This document shows, one piece after another, positions 59,282-64,000 of a stretch of 64,000 bases of DNA. The DNA comes from Thermoproteota archaeon (GTDB taxonomy: Archaea; Thermoproteota; Thermoprotei_A; EX4484-217-1): the NCBI GenBank assembly GCA_029258915.1, contig JAPDJU010000005.1:265797-329796 (forward strand), written 5' to 3'. The notes under the pieces are model-generated. The model ran no database searches. It was not told where the DNA came from and saw only the letters and a list, made by a program, of their open reading frames with translations. Position 1 is the stretch's first letter; each line of letters opens with the position of its first letter. A program made the translations under genes and the position numbers.

Positions 59282-60940
59282 ATGGTTAAAGAAGTTATTG
59301 TACCCAGAATGGGAGATGTACCGGAAGCTACCATTCTTAAATGGCTTAAAAAAGAAGGAGACAAAGTTAGTAAAGGAGAACCTGTAGTTGAAGTAGACTT
59401 GTTTAAAGCAACTAAAAGGCTTGAAGCACCTGTTTCAGGTTTTCTAGCTAAAATTTTAGCTAAAGAAAACGATGTTGTTGCTATTGGCTCGCCTGTTGCA
59501 TTAATTGCCGAAAGTGCTGAAGAATTAGAGAAAATTAAAGGTAAACCCCCAGTAGAGAAAAAGCCTAAACCAGTGCCAATTGCTCCTAAAGTTGAAGCAG
59601 CTAAACCACCAATTGAAATTCCTAAGAAAATAAGAATATCCCCAAGAGCAAGAAAGCTTGCTGAAAAATATGGAATAGACATAACAAAGATTAAAGGTAC
59701 AGGCCCGGGAGGAAGAATTGTTGAAAAAGACGTTCTAAGATATATTGAGGAAATGAAAAAACTTGAAGCTATAGCGCCAAGGGTTAAAGAAGTTAGAAAA
59801 CTTATCGGTAAAAGAAGAACTATAGCTTGGCGTCTTAGTGAAGAATGGAGGACAGCGCCCCACATCAACATAGCAGGTAAAGTGGATTTAAGTAAAGCCC
59901 ATGCTTTCAGAAAGATTCTCAACGAGCAATTAGAGAAGAAAGGTGTACATGTTACATTCACCGACCTATTTATAAAGGCAGCTGCCCTAGCTGCTGCAGA
60001 AGTTCCAGAAGTAAATGCTTCGTTAGAAGGTGAGGAAATAAAGATCTATGAAGACATTAACATAAACATCGCTGTAGCAACCCCCGAGGGACTTGTAGTA
60101 CCTGTAATTAGGAATCCCCATAAGAAAACATTCGAACAGTTAGCTAAAGAAAGAGAGGACATTGTTAGAAGAGCTAGAGAAGGTAAACTAACAGAAAAGG
60201 ATGTTTTAGGAGGAACAATAACGCTATCAAATATGGGAATGTATGATGTAGTGTTCTTCTCAGCAGTCCTCAACCCGCCGCAAGCTGTCCTTGTAGCTAT
60301 AGGTAAAGCAGAAAACGTCCCAGTAGTGGAAGGCGATACAGTTAAAATAAAGCCTATGGCATACATTAATGTTATAGCAGATCATAGAATAGTAGATGGA
60401 GCAGTAGCTGCTAATTATCTTAAAGCGATTAAAGATAAACTTGAGAATCCTGAAAAACTCTTATTAGAGAATGAAAAAAATTTACTAAGAAAACCTATAG
60501 TTCCTATAGAAAAAACATTGCCTGTAACTAAAGAAGTTAAGGCAGAAAAAGCAGTAGAGTATAAACCTTATCTACGAGCTGAAGAACTTGAAGAACCTAG
60601 AAGGATAGCTGAAGAATACATGAAAGCCATAAGGCAGTACTATAAGTTTGACAAAGAAGCTGCTCAAGCATTCTTCAGGTTTTCAGGAGCAGCAGTGAGA
60701 AGCAATGTACTGCCTGAGAAAATAAAACATCTAATAACTATTGCTGTTAGTGTAGCAATACATTGTAAAGAATGTGTAGCAATACATGTAAGAGACGCTT
60801 TAGAAGCCGGTGCAACGCCGGAAGAAATAATTGATGCAGTAACGCCAGCAATACTTCTTTCAGGCGGGCCTGGAACAACAATGCTAGACATAGTCTTTAA
60901 GAGTATTGAAGCATTTGCGAAGGAAAGAAAAACTAAATAA
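59282..60940 (+). CDS. Dihydrolipoamide acyltransferase E2 fused to C-terminal AhpD/carboxymuconolactone decarboxylase-like domain
   Basis: Lipoyl domain, PSBD (SPRARKLA...GTGPGGRI..KD), catalytic DHRIVDG, then KIKHLITIAVSVAIHCKECVAIH...AGATPEEI. Confidence 0.9.
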   Translation: MVKEVIVPRMGDVPEATILKWLKKEGDKVSKGEPVVEVDLFKATKRLEAPVSGFLAKILAKENDVVAIGSPVALIAESAEELEKIKGKPPVEKKPKPVPIAPKVEAAKPPIEIPKKIRISPRARKLAEKYGIDITKIKGTGPGGRIVEKDVLRYIEEMKKLEAIAPRVKEVRKLIGKRRTIAWRLSEEWRTAPHINIAGKVDLSKAHAFRKILNEQLEKKGVHVTFTDLFIKAAALAAAEVPEVNASLEGEEIKIYEDININIAVATPEGLVVPVIRNPHKKTFEQLAKEREDIVRRAREGKLTEKDVLGGTITLSNMGMYDVVFFSAVLNPPQAVLVAIGKAENVPVVEGDTVKIKPMAYINVIADHRIVDGAVAANYLKAIKDKLENPEKLLLENEKNLLRKPIVPIEKTLPVTKEVKAEKAVEYKPYLRAEELEEPRRIAEEYMKAIRQYYKFDKEAAQAFFRFSGAAVRSNVLPEKIKHLITIAVSVAIHCKECVAIHVRDALEAGATPEEIIDAVTPAILLSGGPGTTMLDIVFKSIEAFAKERKTK

Positions 60941-60968
60941 ACTTACTTAAAGTAAAAATGCTATGGAG

Positions 60969-61016
60969 CTGGTGGCAGGACGGCCTCTGATAAGTGATGA
61001 TGCTGAGCTGCACTGA
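60969..61016 (+). ncRNA. C/D-box sRNA candidate
   Basis: Degenerate C (CTGGTGG) - CAGGACGGCCT - CTGA - TAA - GTGATGA - TGCTGAGCTGCA - CTGA, between convergent genes. Confidence 0.55.
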
Positions 61017-61017
61017 T

Positions 61018-62151
61018 CTACTTTACAACAACTTTCTTCTTAAGAACCCAACGTAAAAACAGTGTAAACTCTTTTCTAACATTACCTTCAATATTTAAAA
61101 CATACTTTCTGTCAACTACTTTTCTAATTTTCCCCTTACCTATAGTTTCTAGGAAAGCCTTAACTTCACTAACATCATAGTTGATGTCTTCCTTACAGCA
61201 ACCATACTTAATAGAGCATGGTAAGCAGCATGGTATGTTAAAGTCTTCAGCACATACTTGACATGCTTGATAATATATCTTTATACCAAGTTTCTCACAG
61301 AGTTTTGCTATTTTCTTTTTAATATCAGCTGTTTTTACGGGAACTTGTTCATTGAATGATTTGGGTTTTCTTAGAATTCTTTTCTCGATTTCTCTTAAGG
61401 GTATGTTTAACGCTTTCAATTTAGACATTATTCTAAGTGTAACCCTTAAAGAACCTATTAAAACCCTGTTAATGTCGTATGAAATAGCTTTTTCTAAAAT
61501 ATCTTTAATTTCGTAATCATTAACGCCAGGTATTATAGGTCTAAGAAACAACACGGGGTTAAAACCTGCTTTTTTAAGATTGTAAAGTGTTTGGAATCTA
61601 AGTTCAGGATTAGGTGCTTTCCCTTCAAGCTTATCGTAATGTTTCAACGTTATTATGGTGACTAAAACACTTAGTTTCCCATTAACCAGCCTTCTAAGCT
61701 TTAAAGCATTATCATATGTTAAATAGGCTTTAGTAGAGATCTGCGTAGGATTACCTAAACACCTTGTTGTGGCTTTCAAGTACTCATAGGTTCTATTAGC
61801 AGTGTTTTTGAGAAAAGGTTCTGTAACTGAGCCGTAAGCTAGAAAAGTACCGTTTAAACCTAAAGCAACGTAAGGGTTTGATGCTATAGAATACGCAATT
61901 TGTAATCCTGTTAAGTGATAAGGCTTAGATTTAAATGGAAACCCCATATCTGGGATGTAACAATAAGAGCATGCATAATCGCAACCTACACCTATATGTA
62001 TTGTTAAACCGCATGGTCTAGGCCTACGTCTACTATGCCAATCGCTTTTAGCTTCTTCCACCAGTTTTTTATCGCATATTTCGCTTTCCAGCTTCTTAAT
62101 GGTGCTTATTTTTCTACGCCATTCCTCGAAAACACTTACTTTCCAAACCAA
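61018..62151 (-). CDS. Radical SAM protein
   Basis: CDYACSYC (CX3CX2C), GSVTEPF, STK, RPIIPGVND; extra C-terminal cysteines. Confidence 0.88.
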   Translation of the reverse strand: MVWKVSVFEEWRRKISTIKKLESEICDKKLVEEAKSDWHSRRRPRPCGLTIHIGVGCDYACSYCYIPDMGFPFKSKPYHLTGLQIAYSIASNPYVALGLNGTFLAYGSVTEPFLKNTANRTYEYLKATTRCLGNPTQISTKAYLTYDNALKLRRLVNGKLSVLVTIITLKHYDKLEGKAPNPELRFQTLYNLKKAGFNPVLFLRPIIPGVNDYEIKDILEKAISYDINRVLIGSLRVTLRIMSKLKALNIPLREIEKRILRKPKSFNEQVPVKTADIKKKIAKLCEKLGIKIYYQACQVCAEDFNIPCCLPCSIKYGCCKEDINYDVSEVKAFLETIGKGKIRKVVDRKYVLNIEGNVRKEFTLFLRWVLKKKVVVK

Positions 62152-62218
62152 AGCCTACAAACCACCATACTGAAATAGTACTCAAATATAACTATATTGT
62201 GTAGTTTAAAAACTAACT

Positions 62219-63040
62219 ATGGTTTTATGGAGGATAGCTTTGACAACTGTAATAGAAATCTCAGGTTTACTTGAAAAACAATTACAGCTTCTTGTTGATA
62301 TAGGGTTGTATTCTTCAAAAACCGAAGCTGTAAGAGATGCTGTACGTAGACTTCTAAACTCGGTAAACATAGCTGATGTAGCAGTGAAAATTTATAGTCA
62401 AGGAAGAATCTCTTTAGCTTACGCTTCAGAATTAGCTGAACAATCTATCCCCGAATTCTTCATAAAATTATTAGGTAAAGGAATAGTACCTAGGCTCGTC
62501 AGTTCAAGAAAAAACGTAGAAGAAGTTGTTGAGAACATCGATAAGAAAAAAGTTTTAGTCTTCGACGTAAGCTCGCTATATGTAACGTATTTAAGCGAAA
62601 CATTGGATGTATTTAGAAGAATATTAACGTACCTTAGTGAAAAGAGAAACGTAAGAAATATAGTGTCGCCTGACACAATACTTCACCTTAAATTCATTGA
62701 ATTAAAAAGGCTAATAAGTTTTGGCCATAGAAGCATAGAATTGCCATTAACTGTAGCTAATGTGGATGCTAATGAGTTTAAGAAATTTAAAAACAAATTC
62801 ATTAAAGAGCAAAGCCTTACAACAGCTGAGATGACTACACAATATTTAGCCTATAGGTTAAAAGCCATTTTAGTAACGGATGATTATAAAGCATTAGAGA
62901 TAGCAAATAAAACCAACGTATATGCTATTTCTACAATGTCTCTTTTAAACTATGCAAAGTACCATAGGATAATAAGTGATGTTAAATACGCTGAAGCTCG
63001 TGAAAAACTTGAAACCATATATTCTATGGCTACTGGGTGA
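62219..63040 (+). CDS. RHH + UPF0175 + PIN-like fusion protein
   Basis: LVDIGLYSSKTEAVRDAVRRLL (RHH); YSQGRISLAYASELA...F...L..KGI (UPF0175); LVFDVSSL...AE...ILVTDD (PIN). Confidence 0.7.
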   Translation: MVLWRIALTTVIEISGLLEKQLQLLVDIGLYSSKTEAVRDAVRRLLNSVNIADVAVKIYSQGRISLAYASELAEQSIPEFFIKLLGKGIVPRLVSSRKNVEEVVENIDKKKVLVFDVSSLYVTYLSETLDVFRRILTYLSEKRNVRNIVSPDTILHLKFIELKRLISFGHRSIELPLTVANVDANEFKKFKNKFIKEQSLTTAEMTTQYLAYRLKAILVTDDYKALEIANKTNVYAISTMSLLNYAKYHRIISDVKYAEAREKLETIYSMATG

Positions 63041-63046
63041 GGATCA

Positions 63047-63604
63047 TTGGAAGACTTAGTGATAGCTGTAGATGTTTCATTGAGCATGAAAGCAAGCGAC
63101 TATATACCTAACAGAATGGAAGCAGCTAAAAGAGCAATATTATCACTAGTGACAGCAAAGCTTGAGAAAAACGTTGAAGACCGTATAGGAGTAGTAGCTT
63201 TCTATGGGCGCTCACTGCCAATAATAGATCTCACTAGGAACAAAGAATTATTGATATCAGTAATTAGGCAACTACGAGTGTTAGGAGAAGCAACCGCACC
63301 AGGGGATGGGCTTAAAGAAGCACTTTACATGCTGAGAGGAAGATGGCCGAAAATAGGTAAGGAAAGGGTGTTAATAGTTACTGATGGTACATTTAATGAA
63401 GGAATACCTTTAGATGTTGTAGCTGAATATGCTGCGAGAAGAAACGTTATTGTGGACTTCTTAACGCTAGGTAAGCTAACAAGCTACGATAGAACAATGA
63501 TTTCAAGAACCTTAAAACTAACTGGTGGAGTACATGAACATGCTGGAACAACATCGGAATTGATAAATAAAGCTATCAAATTAGGTATTAGAGAAATTCC
63601 ATAA
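63047..63604 (+). CDS. Stand-alone vWA domain protein
   Basis: MIDAS DVSLS, PNRMEAAK, IGVVAF, AT, VTDG. Confidence 0.88.
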   Translation: MEDLVIAVDVSLSMKASDYIPNRMEAAKRAILSLVTAKLEKNVEDRIGVVAFYGRSLPIIDLTRNKELLISVIRQLRVLGEATAPGDGLKEALYMLRGRWPKIGKERVLIVTDGTFNEGIPLDVVAEYAARRNVIVDFLTLGKLTSYDRTMISRTLKLTGGVHEHAGTTSELINKAIKLGIREIP

Positions 63605-64000
63605 TAGCCTTAGAAAGATCACCATATTTTATGTGCATAAAATATCCTTTAACAGTTCTAAGAATTTCTCTTATAATAGCTATGTCTGTTGGATAAAGCC
63701 TGCTAAAAGCAAAGAAATCAACTCTAACATTATGAAGTCTTAAGGAACTTATAGTGTACCTAGGATCGATACCTGTGTTAAAAGTTCCATCAGTAATAAC
63801 TAATATCCTCTTTTTAACACCATCCCTTGAAAGATCCTTAAGCATTCTATAAGCTTCCACAATACCATCCCCTAAAGCAGTACCGCTACCTAAAGGCCTT
63901 AAACTATCAATAGCCTTCAAAAGGTCCTTAATACTGTTCGTTAAATCTATTATCGGAGCAGAATATTCATAAAACCCGACAATACCTACTCTAGCAAGTA
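63588..64000 (-). CDS. vWA domain protein (5' partial, runs off window)
   Basis: Frame open to window edge: ARVGIVGFYEYSAPIIDLT...GTALGDG...ITDGTFN; paralog of adjacent gene. Confidence 0.85.
   Translation of the reverse strand, partial: LARVGIVGFYEYSAPIIDLTNSIKDLLKAIDSLRPLGSGTALGDGIVEAYRMLKDLSRDGVKKRILVITDGTFNTGIDPRYTISSLRLHNVRVDFFAFSRLYPTDIAIIREILRTVKGYFMHIKYGDLSKAIMEFL

Noticed and set aside
59257-59961. Long antisense ORF (234 aa) and similar shadow ORFs (e.g. 38961-39464, 46949-47428, 57424-57924, 28003-28479)
   Set aside because: Lie opposite well-supported genes and have antisense-like composition without motifs
43624-62151. PqqD-like protein plus radical SAM as a RiPP cluster
   Set aside because: 17 kb apart, no precursor peptide, no recognisable SPASM motif
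1-64000. CRISPR arrays, tRNA/rRNA genes, transposases, integrases
   Set aside because: No spaced direct repeats, cloverleaf motifs or mobile-element proteins recognised by eye

Overview
AT-rich, gene-dense chromosomal segment of a hyperthermophilic archaeon, most likely Thermoproteota/TACK (reverse gyrase, single-OB crenarchaeal-type SSB, aCcr1-like RHH protein, DUF2192-like and TackOD1-like proteins; family calls are from motif recognition, not database searches). It holds two tandem Opp/Dpp-type ABC transporter operons, the upper mevalonate operon, reverse gyrase, a cysS-cofD-cofC-[2 nucleotidyltransferases]-cofE operon and a stand-alone FrhB-like protein. It also holds an ssb/PqqD-like/KaiC-like/type IV pilus (Tad) ATPase/2x TadC cluster, a two-gene 2-oxoacid/acetoin dehydrogenase, an RHH-UPF0175-PIN fusion beside two convergent vWA genes, and several intergenic C/D-box and H/ACA-like guide RNA candidates. 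I saw no CRISPR array, tRNA, rRNA or transposase. The best candidates for undescribed biology are (1) an E2 lipoyl acyltransferase fused to an AhpD/CMD CxxC domain in an operon without E3, and (2) two paralogous Pol-beta-type nucleotidyltransferases embedded in the F420 biosynthesis operon. Also notable are a circularly permuted peptide-binding protein, a CTG-initiated reverse gyrase, and a perfect 32-bp palindrome plus leader hairpin upstream of the ssb-pilus cluster.
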